A stretch of 64,000 nucleotides of DNA from positions 5,700 to 69,699 of the forward strand of contig DYJN01000016.1 in the NCBI GenBank assembly GCA_020723085.1. Direction: 5' to 3'. The notes below the pieces were generated by a model. It had not been told where the DNA came from. It did no database searches and saw only the letters and a list, made by a program, of their open reading frames with translations. This DNA comes from Arcobacter sp. Lineage in GTDB: Bacteria > Acidobacteriota > Terriglobia > Bryobacterales > Bryobacteraceae. Made by a program: the position numbers and the translations under genes. Below are positions 1-12,785 of the stretch, piece after piece (the stretch's first letter is position 1; each line of letters opens with the position of its first letter).

Positions 1-4
1 CAAG

Positions 5-1540
5 ATGAAGAGACGCACGTTCCTGAGTGGCTCGATTCTGGCCGGCCCGTTTACGGCGGCTGTGTCAAGCGGTGAGATCCGAACGAAGTCGGGATTCGCG
101 GAGGCCGACATTACGCCTGCAATCGGCATGGAAGTGCCCGGTGATTACACCAAGCTGTTCCACCGTGCGTTCCACGACCCATGCAAGGTCCGCGCGGCCG
201 TATTCGACGACGGGAGGCATCGCACAGCAATCGCCAGCGTCGATGCACTGATCATCCCTCGGCACGTAGTCCTCGCGGCGAGACGGCGGATCAGCGAACG
301 CTGCGGCATCGGCGCGAATGCGATTCTGATCGGCGCCACCCACTCGCATTCCTCCGGGCCCGTCGGGATGGTTCAGCCGGGCGAGTACGATCACTCCTCG
401 GATTTTGTGAAGTTCCTGGCCTACGAGAAATCCTCCATGGCCGATGCCGCGTACTTGAAGCGCCTGGAATCGCAGATCGTCGACGCCGTCTGCCGGGCCG
501 ACTCGGCAAGGATCCCCTCGGGTTTCTCTTTCGGCGTCGGCCGCGAAGACAAGGTCGCCTTCAACCGGCGCTTCGTGATGAAGAACGGCCTCGTCTATAC
601 ACACCCTGGCAAGGGGAACCCCTCCATTGTAAAGGCCGCCGGCCCAACGGATCCCGACGTCGGTGTCATTGGCTGTTGGGACGGCAAAGGGAACCTCCTT
701 GGCTGTATCGTGAATTTTTGCTGCCACGCCACCACAAGTCCCGCCGGGATCTCGGCCAACTGGATCTACTATCTGGAGAAGACGATCCGCGGCATGTTCG
801 GCCCCGAGACCGTCGTTGTATTTCTGCAGGGCTTCAGCGGCGACGTCACGCAGGTCGATAATTTGAGCCCGAACGCAAACCCGGAAGGCGAGCGATGGGC
901 CAAGATCGTCGGTGGCCGGGTTGGCGCCGAGGCGGTCAAGGTGCTGTTGTCCTCGCCAGTGGGAAATGCTGCTCCAGTGTCCGCTTTGACGGATGTTTTG
1001 CGGATCCCGAGGAGGCGGCCGAGCGCCCGGCGCGTCGCGGATTGTACGAGGATTGCGCGCCAGGATCCCAGGCAAGTGGGCACGGTGAACTGGCTGTTTG
1101 CCAAGGAGATCGTTCTGCTCCAGGCGCTGATCGAGAAACAGCCGGACGTCGAAGTCGAAGTTCAGGCGTTGCAGGTTGGGCCTGCGGTCTTGCTCTCTGC
1201 CCCTGGCGAGATGTTCTGCCAGCTCGGCCTCGATTTGAAGGCGGCCCGGACGTTCCCGATCACATTCCCGGTCGAGCTCGCGAACGGCTCAGTCGGATAC
1301 GTGCCGACGGAGGAGGCCTTCGGCCCTCACGGGGGCGGGTACGAAACCCGCCTGACCAGCTATAGCAACCTGGTTCCTCAGGCAGGCGCCCGTATCGTCG
1401 CAGCCGCGCTCGCGTTAGCCAGGCGGCTTGAACCGGGTGCGCTTCCGGAGCATCCGCAGGCGCCGCCGTTCTCCGCCACGCCGGGCGACTTCGGATCCAG
1501 GCCGTGGTCCTATGGAAACGTCCCGCCAGAAGGTTTGTAG
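5..1540 (+). CDS. Secreted neutral/alkaline ceramidase-like hydrolase
   Basis: 511-aa ORF from the ATG at 5. The N-terminus MKRRTFLSG... looks like a twin-arginine signal. The GATHSHSSGP motif resembles the His-rich metal site of the neutral ceramidase N-terminal domain. Family call is from recalled motifs only. Confidence 0.65.
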   Translation: MKRRTFLSGSILAGPFTAAVSSGEIRTKSGFAEADITPAIGMEVPGDYTKLFHRAFHDPCKVRAAVFDDGRHRTAIASVDALIIPRHVVLAARRRISERCGIGANAILIGATHSHSSGPVGMVQPGEYDHSSDFVKFLAYEKSSMADAAYLKRLESQIVDAVCRADSARIPSGFSFGVGREDKVAFNRRFVMKNGLVYTHPGKGNPSIVKAAGPTDPDVGVIGCWDGKGNLLGCIVNFCCHATTSPAGISANWIYYLEKTIRGMFGPETVVVFLQGFSGDVTQVDNLSPNANPEGERWAKIVGGRVGAEAVKVLLSSPVGNAAPVSALTDVLRIPRRRPSARRVADCTRIARQDPRQVGTVNWLFAKEIVLLQALIEKQPDVEVEVQALQVGPAVLLSAPGEMFCQLGLDLKAARTFPITFPVELANGSVGYVPTEEAFGPHGGGYETRLTSYSNLVPQAGARIVAAALALARRLEPGALPEHPQAPPFSATPGDFGSRPWSYGNVPPEGL

Positions 1541-1675
1541 TTCGGACTTCGCTCAGACAGGCGCCCAGCGCACGTCTGGCTGCCACCTCGGCCGCCATCC
1601 GGAGGTGTGATCTCCCCGCGGCCCGTCCCGCCGCTGCAGGAGAGAGGAGCGGTGAAAGAAAGCGAGAGCAAAACC

Positions 1676-3190
1676 ATGCGATGCTTCGATGTTCCTGTCT
1701 TGTCGTGCCTTAGCCGCGGTTTTTTGACCGCCGCCATCCTGCTGCCGTTGATCTCATTCGCCCAAGAGATCAGGATCCGCGGCGGGATCGTGCCATACCA
1801 AGTGCTCCAACGCGGCGTCGGCAACCGGTCCAGTTTCCATCTCACGGGAACGGCTCATGCCAGGTTTGAAGGCCGATCTATCGAGGTGCGATTAACGTCC
1901 CAGGAAGGGGCCGTACTGACTGGTTTCGACTGGACTCTGTCGGACGGAAGGGTAAAGGCTGGAAAGTGGGAAGCCGAAATTGAAGGGGTCCCGGCCGGCG
2001 GTCCGTACGTGGTGGAGGTCCGCATCGCCGGGATGCCCGCAGCCGCCGACCGAGTCGAGCACGTGCTTGTTGGCGATCTGTGGGTGTTGGCGGGCCAGAG
2101 CAACATGCTTGGCTACGGCAACCTGATCGACGTTCAGCCGCCCGTAGAGGCGGTCCATAGCTTCGACATGGCCGATAATTGGGTGGTCGCGAAGGAACCT
2201 CTGCACAAACCGAGAAGTTCGGCTTATCGGATCTACTGGCCCAAGAACGAGAAGGGCGAACCGGAGCGGTGGACTGCGCAACGGGAGGGTGAACTCATCG
2301 CGCGGACCGGCAAAGGCTCGGGACTCGGTCTTCCCTTCGCCGTTGAACTCTACCGCCGGAGTGGCGTCCCGATCGGGTTGATCCCCTGCGCGCTCGGCGG
2401 AACGTCAATGGACCAGTGGAATCCAGAGTTCAAGGACAGGGGCGGCGACTCGCTGTATGGAGCGGCACTGGGCAGGATCAACGCAGTGGGCGGCAAGGTG
2501 AGGGGAATTTTGTGGTACCAAGGCGAGGCGGATGCGAGCCTGAAGACTGTCGCCGGATTCGAAAAGAAGTTTGAAAACTTGGTCGCCGCCTTCCGCAACG
2601 ATCTGAACCAGCCTGCGCTCCCGGTTTATTACGTCCAGATTGGCCGTTACGTCAATGATCAATTGGACAAGAGATACTGGAATCAAGTGCAGGAACTGCA
2701 ACGTCAAATGGAGGCAAAACTCACAAATGTCAGTATGGCGGCTTCGGTGGATCTCGAATTGGATGATCAAATCCACATCAGCACTCCAGAATTGAAGCGG
2801 CTCGGCCGCCGCTTGGCGCTCCTCGCAGCGAGAGACCTTTTCGCCGAATATAACCAGAACGCCGCTATCCGACGCGGCCCCAGGCCGGTGTCCGCAAGAC
2901 TCGACAACGGGATCATCACGCTGCAACTTGGCGAGGTGAATGGAAAGCTCCTCTCAGAGGGGCGTATCAGCGGCTTCTCGGTGCACGATGCAAGAGGAAA
3001 TCCACTGGCCGCTATTTACAAGGCCCGTTTCGACCCGGTGAATCCGTCGGTGATCCATCTGGAGATCGCCGGCAAGCTGCCCGACGGCGCAACGCTGCAG
3101 TATGGCGCGGGCATCAACCCGTACTGCAACGTCAGAGATTCAAGTGACATGGCGTTGCCCGCGTTTGGTCCCATCGTGATCGCGCGTTAG
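1676..3190 (+). CDS. Sialate O-acetylesterase-like carbohydrate esterase (SASA/SGNH type), secreted
   Basis: GDLWVLAGQSNMLGYG and ILWYQGEAD motifs are typical of the SASA esterase domain. A hydrophobic signal follows MRCFDVPVLSCL.... Start is set at ATG 1676; an in-frame GTG at 1652 preceded by AGGAGA is an alternative. Confidence 0.75.
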   Translation: MRCFDVPVLSCLSRGFLTAAILLPLISFAQEIRIRGGIVPYQVLQRGVGNRSSFHLTGTAHARFEGRSIEVRLTSQEGAVLTGFDWTLSDGRVKAGKWEAEIEGVPAGGPYVVEVRIAGMPAAADRVEHVLVGDLWVLAGQSNMLGYGNLIDVQPPVEAVHSFDMADNWVVAKEPLHKPRSSAYRIYWPKNEKGEPERWTAQREGELIARTGKGSGLGLPFAVELYRRSGVPIGLIPCALGGTSMDQWNPEFKDRGGDSLYGAALGRINAVGGKVRGILWYQGEADASLKTVAGFEKKFENLVAAFRNDLNQPALPVYYVQIGRYVNDQLDKRYWNQVQELQRQMEAKLTNVSMAASVDLELDDQIHISTPELKRLGRRLALLAARDLFAEYNQNAAIRRGPRPVSARLDNGIITLQLGEVNGKLLSEGRISGFSVHDARGNPLAAIYKARFDPVNPSVIHLEIAGKLPDGATLQYGAGINPYCNVRDSSDMALPAFGPIVIAR

Positions 3191-3605
3191 CATTTGCTCA
3201 GGCCATAGGAGTGCTCACGGGTTCTTGAATCTGCTGGAAGACCGCCTTGATCGCCGACGGCGGGCAAACACCCAAAATTCGAAACGCGTTCAGGACGGGG
3301 AGCTATTCCTTCAAACGCGGGCCTTCCGCCGCCCGATTTTGTTGCCAGCCCACCATTGTGACCTCCCGCCTGTACCCCAAACTTTCGCCGGAATTTGTGC
3401 TCCGGCCCCCACCCCGCGATTTCGTTGGGCATTGATTTGAAAGAAGGAGAGGCATTTTGTCCGCCCCACGATTTCCCCGGCGCTGGTTCGCGATCAGGAG
3501 AATTCGTACTTCCAGCACGAGACACTCTGACCACGAGCCCGCGCGGGGAGCCCAGAGGAAGAGCGAAGCGGGCTTGGAATCCCGCTGCGGCGGCTTGTTC
3601 CGGAC

Positions 3606-3821
3606 GTGAAGATCGACAGGGAAGAATTACGGGACGTACTGAAGCTGGAAGTCCTCAAACGCGAAGTCATCGAGGGCGAAAAGGCTGACGAGGCAAGGCG
3701 CAAGATTGCACGCGCCCAGAAACGGCCGCTTCGCACAAGGGCTACGCCCGCTCAAAAGGAGGAACTCCGCCTCCCGCAAGAAGAGCACAGCGAAGATGCC
3801 GCGACCGGCTCCGCCGGCTGA
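3606..3821 (+). CDS. Hypothetical small highly charged protein (71 aa), doubtful
   Basis: GTG-initiated ORF rich in E/K/R/L, unlike the R/P/A-rich spurious frames elsewhere. Third-position GC is lower than in neighbouring genes. No clear SD. It lies in an otherwise unassigned 745-bp gap. Confidence 0.25.
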   Translation: MKIDREELRDVLKLEVLKREVIEGEKADEARRKIARAQKRPLRTRATPAQKEELRLPQEEHSEDAATGSAG

Positions 3822-3876
3822 GAGATGCGGCCCCGGCCCGCTGCCGGGCGGTCGTCTGAGGCCGGAATGGGATCGG

Positions 3877-3917
3877 GCGGGAGGCGCCGCCGGAAGCAGG
3901 CCCGGAGCGCCTCCCGC
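3877..3917 (-). terminator. GC-rich stem-loop about 19 nt downstream of the gltA stop (possible terminator)
   Basis: GCGGGAGGCGC (3877-3887) pairs perfectly with GCGCCTCCCGC (3907-3917), giving an 11-bp stem with extra CCGG/CCGG pairing inside the loop. There is no U-tract on either strand. Confidence 0.35.
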
Positions 3918-3935
3918 CGCATGGATTCACGACCC

Positions 3936-5246
<1,311 letters not shown>

Positions 5247-5536
5247 CAGTGCAGCTCCAGTCAGAAGAACAATTTGGCCAGCGAGTCCGGCGCCCCTCCG
5301 CGACGCCGCACCGCCCGGCGAGCCGACACCCGCCGCCGGCGCCGTGGCCGGCAGCAAAACTAACCCTCTGCCGTGGATCGAACCTCCTATCTACCGTCTA
5401 TCACCCCGGGATGCCGGATTCAAGGGTGACCGGGAGCATGTGGTCTGATTCTCCGAGGCGATATAGTGGAGGAAGCCGGACGCTGGATCTGAGTTGGTTC
5501 CGGGGCGCCCGGCGAAATCCTCAAGAGGTGCGAATC

Positions 5537-6769
5537 ATGGAATCCTACAACGGACTGCCGGCGCCCGCAGAGGGGCAGCCCATCCAATTTCAGGACGGGC
5601 GATTCCTTGTGCCCGACAATCCCATCCTTCCCTTCATTGAAGGCGACGGGACCGGACCGGACATCTGGCGCGCGTCGAGGGCGGTCTTCGACGCCGCCGT
5701 CGCGAAGGCGTACGGCGGCAGGCGGAAGGTCGTCTGGTATGAAGTGTTCGCCGGCGAAAAGGCCTTCAATAAGTTCAACACATGGCTGCCGGACGACACG
5801 CTGAAGGCCATCCAGCGGTTCCGCGTGGCCATCAAAGGGCCGCTCACGACGCCTGTGGGAGGCGGCATCCGCAGCCTGAACGTCACTCTCCGCCAGTTGC
5901 TCAACCTGTACGTCTGCATGCGGCCGGTCAAGTATTACCCCGGCGTCCCGTCGCCGATGAAGCGGCCCGAACTGCTCGACATCGTCATCTTCCGCGAAAA
6001 CACCGAGGACGTCTACGCCGGCATCGAGTGGAAGCAGGGCACACCCGAGGCAGCCAAGATCATCGAGTTCCTGACGAAAGAAATGGGCTCGAAGATCCGT
6101 CCCGACTCCGGCATCGGCGTGAAGCCGGTCAGTGTCACCGGCTCCAAGCGTCTGGTCCGCCGGGCCATCCAGTACGCGCTGGACCACGGACGCAAGAGCG
6201 TCACGCTCGTCCACAAGGGCAATATCATGAAGTACACGGAGGGCGCCTTCCGCGACTGGGGTTATGAAGTGGCGAAAGAGGAGTTCGGCGGCCGCGTCGT
6301 GACCGAGGCCGAGGCGGGCGCCAATCCGCCCGGCGGCAAGGTCATCATCAAGGACCGCATCGCCGATTCCATGTTCCAGCAGCTCCTGCTCCGCCCGGAC
6401 GAGTACGACGTGCTGGCCACCCCGAACCTGAACGGCGACTATCTGTCCGACGCCGCGGCGGCGCAGGTAGGCGGGCTCGGCATGGCGCCCGGCGCCAACA
6501 TCGGCGACGAATACGGCGTCTTCGAAGCCACCCACGGCACGGCTCCCAAGTACGCCGGCCAGGATGCCGTCAATCCGTCCAGCCTCATCCTATCCGGTGT
6601 CATGATGTTCGAGTTCATCGGCTGGAAGGAGGCGGCGCAGCTCATCGAGAAGGGCATCACGGAAGCCATCCGCCAGAAGCGCGTCACCTACGACCTGCAC
6701 CGCATGATGGAGGGCGCCACCAAGCTCAAGACCAGCGAATTCGGCCAGGCGATCATCGAGAACATGTAG
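5537..6769 (+). CDS. icd: NADP-dependent isocitrate dehydrogenase (prokaryotic homodimeric type)
   Basis: 410 aa from [10 protein letters not shown].... [21 protein letters not shown] and [25 protein letters not shown] segments closely resemble E. coli Icd. AAGAGGTG SD lies before ATG 5537. The gene is divergent from gltA. Confidence 0.95.
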   Translation: MESYNGLPAPAEGQPIQFQDGRFLVPDNPILPFIEGDGTGPDIWRASRAVFDAAVAKAYGGRRKVVWYEVFAGEKAFNKFNTWLPDDTLKAIQRFRVAIKGPLTTPVGGGIRSLNVTLRQLLNLYVCMRPVKYYPGVPSPMKRPELLDIVIFRENTEDVYAGIEWKQGTPEAAKIIEFLTKEMGSKIRPDSGIGVKPVSVTGSKRLVRRAIQYALDHGRKSVTLVHKGNIMKYTEGAFRDWGYEVAKEEFGGRVVTEAEAGANPPGGKVIIKDRIADSMFQQLLLRPDEYDVLATPNLNGDYLSDAAAAQVGGLGMAPGANIGDEYGVFEATHGTAPKYAGQDAVNPSSLILSGVMMFEFIGWKEAAQLIEKGITEAIRQKRVTYDLHRMMEGATKLKTSEFGQAIIENM

Positions 6770-6803
6770 CCGGTTCGTTCCCTTGCCATCGCAGGTCCGG
6801 GTC

Positions 6804-6843
6804 CGGAAAACACGAAGGGCGCGCCCGCCGGGGCGCGCCCTTC
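6804..6843 (-). terminator. Intrinsic terminator after the TonB-dependent receptor gene (possibly bidirectional with icd)
   Basis: On the minus strand, GAAGGGCGCGCCC-CGGC-GGGCGCGCCCTTC forms a 13-bp perfect stem with a 4-nt loop (6814-6843). It is followed by GUGUUUUCCG. It sits between the convergent stops at 6769 and 6868. Confidence 0.6.
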
Positions 6844-6867
6844 GCATTCAGTTGGCGAGGCCTTCCG

Positions 6868-10275
<3,408 letters not shown>

Positions 10276-10384
10276 TGGCTACGGGACAACCTCCTTGATG
10301 CTATTACACTCCAATTGAAACCTTGGGTCAACCCGTGGATTCTTGCTTCGGTTTTTCAGGCCTCCGGGCCGGAAACACGGGGGC

Positions 10385-11524
10385 TCACCGCTGCGCTTCC
10401 CGGATCTGCCGCAGCGCAGGCGCCAGGTTCTTCGGCAGGTAGATCGGGAACACCCGCCCGCCCAGCCCCCTCACAAGGCTTGTCATCGCATCCGCGTCTT
10501 CCGCCACGTTGGGCAGCGAGAGGGCGAGATGGTATGCCGGAGGCGCCGCTTGTTTCAGGGCAGGGTCTGGAGTGCGGAGCTTCGGTCCGCCGCGCCACCG
10601 CGCCCCGATGAAAATCAGCGCATCCGGCCGCGGCTCTCCGCGCAGCTCCCGCCGCACCAGATCCTGAAGAAAGTCTCCGGGCGGCGGCCCCTCCTGCAGG
10701 GTCCGCAGGGGAATCGTGCCGAAGTCGACCCGCGCCAGCCGCCGCGCCAGCTTTCCCAGATCCTCCGGACGGAGCGGCGCCGCCCGGAACACCACTTCAC
10801 GCCTGGTCAGGTCGAACACCGTCAGCGATGCGGAGCGGAAGCCGCCCTCCCGCAGGACGGAACTCAGAGTGCTCAGCAGCACGTGCCGGTCCCACGGCGA
10901 GAGGCGCGTCACATAACGCCGCGGCCGCACCGGCGAGGCATGCAGAAAAACGGCCGCGTGGCCCCGTCCGCCCTCCGGGAATCCCGTCCAGTAACCGCGT
11001 TCGAGCGAGCCGATCTGACCCGGCGCGAGCGCGGCGCTATTTTCGCCCGCCTTCACCGTCCACTCGCCCCGGCACTCCCCTCCCGCCGTGGTCACCGCCA
11101 TCAGCTCCACGCGGTACTTGCCGCGCCCGAGCAGCCAGCCGCCGCCCAGCGTCATCTCCACCTTCCGCAAATCCGCCCCGGACGGCGGCTCCGGTACGCG
11201 GAGGCGCTGATAGAAATGGGCGGGCTCCCCTCTCGGTTCCACCGGAGTGACGCGCGCCACGGTGACGATCTCGCGCGGCGGGTCTCCCTCCAGCAGCGCC
11301 GGCGCCGGCGCCGCCAGCCCGTAGCCGGACCACACGCGCAGGGCATAGTCCAGAAACGGCCGGAACTTCTCGATCCGGCACGGGATCGTCCTGGCCGGCT
11401 TCTGCCGCCACTGCGCATCGAAGGCCGCGATCAACTGCCGCCCCGCGTCCGAGCCGGGGTCGGCCAGCCACTGTGCCGGGGCGGGCGCGGCGAGCATCAA
11501 CAGGATTGCCGACAGGGCTTTCAC
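10385..11524 (-). CDS. Hypothetical secreted protein (379 aa)
   Basis: Start is placed at GTG 11524, giving the signal VKALSAILLMLAAPAPAQW. The upstream part of the track ORF is Arg/Gly-rich junk. I recognise no family motif. The C-terminal half alternates beta/alpha-like segments (possibly a vWA-like fold, unverified). Confidence 0.6.
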   Translation of the reverse strand: MKALSAILLMLAAPAPAQWLADPGSDAGRQLIAAFDAQWRQKPARTIPCRIEKFRPFLDYALRVWSGYGLAAPAPALLEGDPPREIVTVARVTPVEPRGEPAHFYQRLRVPEPPSGADLRKVEMTLGGGWLLGRGKYRVELMAVTTAGGECRGEWTVKAGENSAALAPGQIGSLERGYWTGFPEGGRGHAAVFLHASPVRPRRYVTRLSPWDRHVLLSTLSSVLREGGFRSASLTVFDLTRREVVFRAAPLRPEDLGKLARRLARVDFGTIPLRTLQEGPPPGDFLQDLVRRELRGEPRPDALIFIGARWRGGPKLRTPDPALKQAAPPAYHLALSLPNVAEDADAMTSLVRGLGGRVFPIYLPKNLAPALRQIREAQR

Positions 11525-11798
11525 GGCGGGCCTGCCCCCATCATGACGGACCCGGCGCCCGCCCCGCACGGCGCCGCAGTGGCCGCGAAATCCCCTCCAG
11601 ACGGCCTTTCCGCCCTCACAGAGGCAAAAAAAGCCCGAAAAATGGCCCTTCCTGCGCGTTTTCCTCTTTACACTGGCCCGCCGCATCCCTTATCATTGAT
11701 CTGCGAACGGAACCATCCAACATTTCCGGTTGGTTTTGTTTTATTTAATCCGGCCCGGCCGCGCGGCCGCGCCGGCGAAGGGAGAGACGCAGAAGAAT

Positions 11799-12107
11799 AT
11801 GGCCGACGTGAAGAAGATGACCCAGACCCAGGTGGTGAACGAGATCGCCGCCGCATCCGGAATCGCCAAGAAGCAGGCGAAGGCCGCCATGGAAAAGCTG
11901 GTGGACCTCGCCATCGCGCAAACCAAGAAAGTGGGCGTGTTCGTCCTGCCCGGCATCGGGCGCCTGAAGAAGGTCGAGCGCAAGGCGCGCATGGGCCGCA
12001 ACCCGGCCACCGGCGAGCCGATCAAGATCCCGGCCCGCAAGTCGGTGAAGCTCACCCTCTCGAAGTCGATCAAGGACGCCATCGTTCCGCCCAAGGCGAA
12101 GAAGTAG
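11799..12107 (+). CDS. hup: HU/IHF-family DNA-binding protein
   Basis: 102 aa from MADVKKMTQTQVVNEIA.... The segment ERKARMGRNPATGEPIKIPARKSVK is the classic HU beta-arm. GGGAGAG SD lies upstream of ATG 11799. Confidence 0.9.
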   Translation: MADVKKMTQTQVVNEIAAASGIAKKQAKAAMEKLVDLAIAQTKKVGVFVLPGIGRLKKVERKARMGRNPATGEPIKIPARKSVKLTLSKSIKDAIVPPKAKK

Positions 12108-12192
12108 GCGGGGCAGTCCGCTCATGTGCGGTCCCGCGGATCCATCCGGAGCTGCGGGGCCGTCTCTGTTTTCACGGCTGCCGCAAATGAGG

Positions 12193-12225
12193 AGCCCCGC
12201 GCGGCATACTCGGCCGGGCGGGGCT
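12193..12225 (+). terminator. Weak stem-loop downstream of hup
   Basis: AGCCCCGC (12193-12200) pairs with GCGGGGCT (12218-12225). The loop is 17 nt and the T content after the stem is poor. It lies in the convergent gap between hup and tatA. Confidence 0.25.
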
Positions 12226-12296
12226 GGTTCTGGGGAGTTTGTGGAATCGCCGCTCTCCTTGCGGGCGGCGCTTCGGGCAGGCGGGAGGGCCTGGTT

Positions 12297-12473
12297 TCAG
12301 GCCTGCTTCTTTTCTTCCGGCTTGGCGGGCGTCTGCTCTTCCTTCAAAGCGTTCTTGAAGTTCTTGATTCCCTCTCCGAGGCCTTTGGCCAGTTCCGGGA
12401 TCTTCTTCCCGCCAAACAGCAGGACGGCGACGCCCAGAATGATCAGCAGCTCAGGTAAGCCAATGGACCGCAC
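12297..12473 (-). CDS. tatA: Twin-arginine translocase subunit TatA/E
   Basis: [43 protein letters not shown] is a canonical TatA N-terminus. The GTG at 12473 is preceded by AAGGAGG (12484-12478). The TTG start of the track ORF at 12524 coincides with a -35-like box. Confidence 0.85.
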   Translation of the reverse strand: MRSIGLPELLIILGVAVLLFGGKKIPELAKGLGEGIKNFKNALKEEQTPAKPEEKKQA

Positions 12474-12494
12474 AGGGCCTCCTTTGTCATCTTC

Positions 12495-12524
12495 ATTGTA
12501 GGGAGCCGCGGAAACGGGCGTCAA
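12495..12524 (-). promoter_or_regulatory. Sigma-70-like promoter for tatA
   Basis: On the minus strand: TTGACG (12524-12519), an 18-nt spacer, then TACAAT (12500-12495). The -10 box lies 21 nt upstream of the GTG start. Confidence 0.4.
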
Positions 12525-12785
12525 GCAAGCCGGCGGAGAACAGGGCGATGGGCAGGCAAAAGAACCCCCCCAGCAAGGCTCGCGAGGCGGCGCGCAAGGT
12601 TCGCCGGCAGGCGCGCCTCGCCTTGGGGCCGGTACCCCCGTCGAGGCCCATCGAGCCGAAAAAGGCCCGAAAACCCAAGCACCGCAAGAAAACCGGCCAA
12701 GACGGCGATCTGTAAGCCCCCCGCTTCGCCTGAGAACCTGCCGCCGCCGCGCCGACTACTTCTTGGATTGCGAAGCCCGTTGGCG

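Noticed and set aside
3888-3906. CCGGAAGCAGGCCCGG resembling the SRP RNA domain IV core
   Set aside because: Only a short partial similarity exists, and the surrounding sequence lacks the rest of the conserved 4.5S helix. It is better explained as the loop of a terminator-like hairpin.
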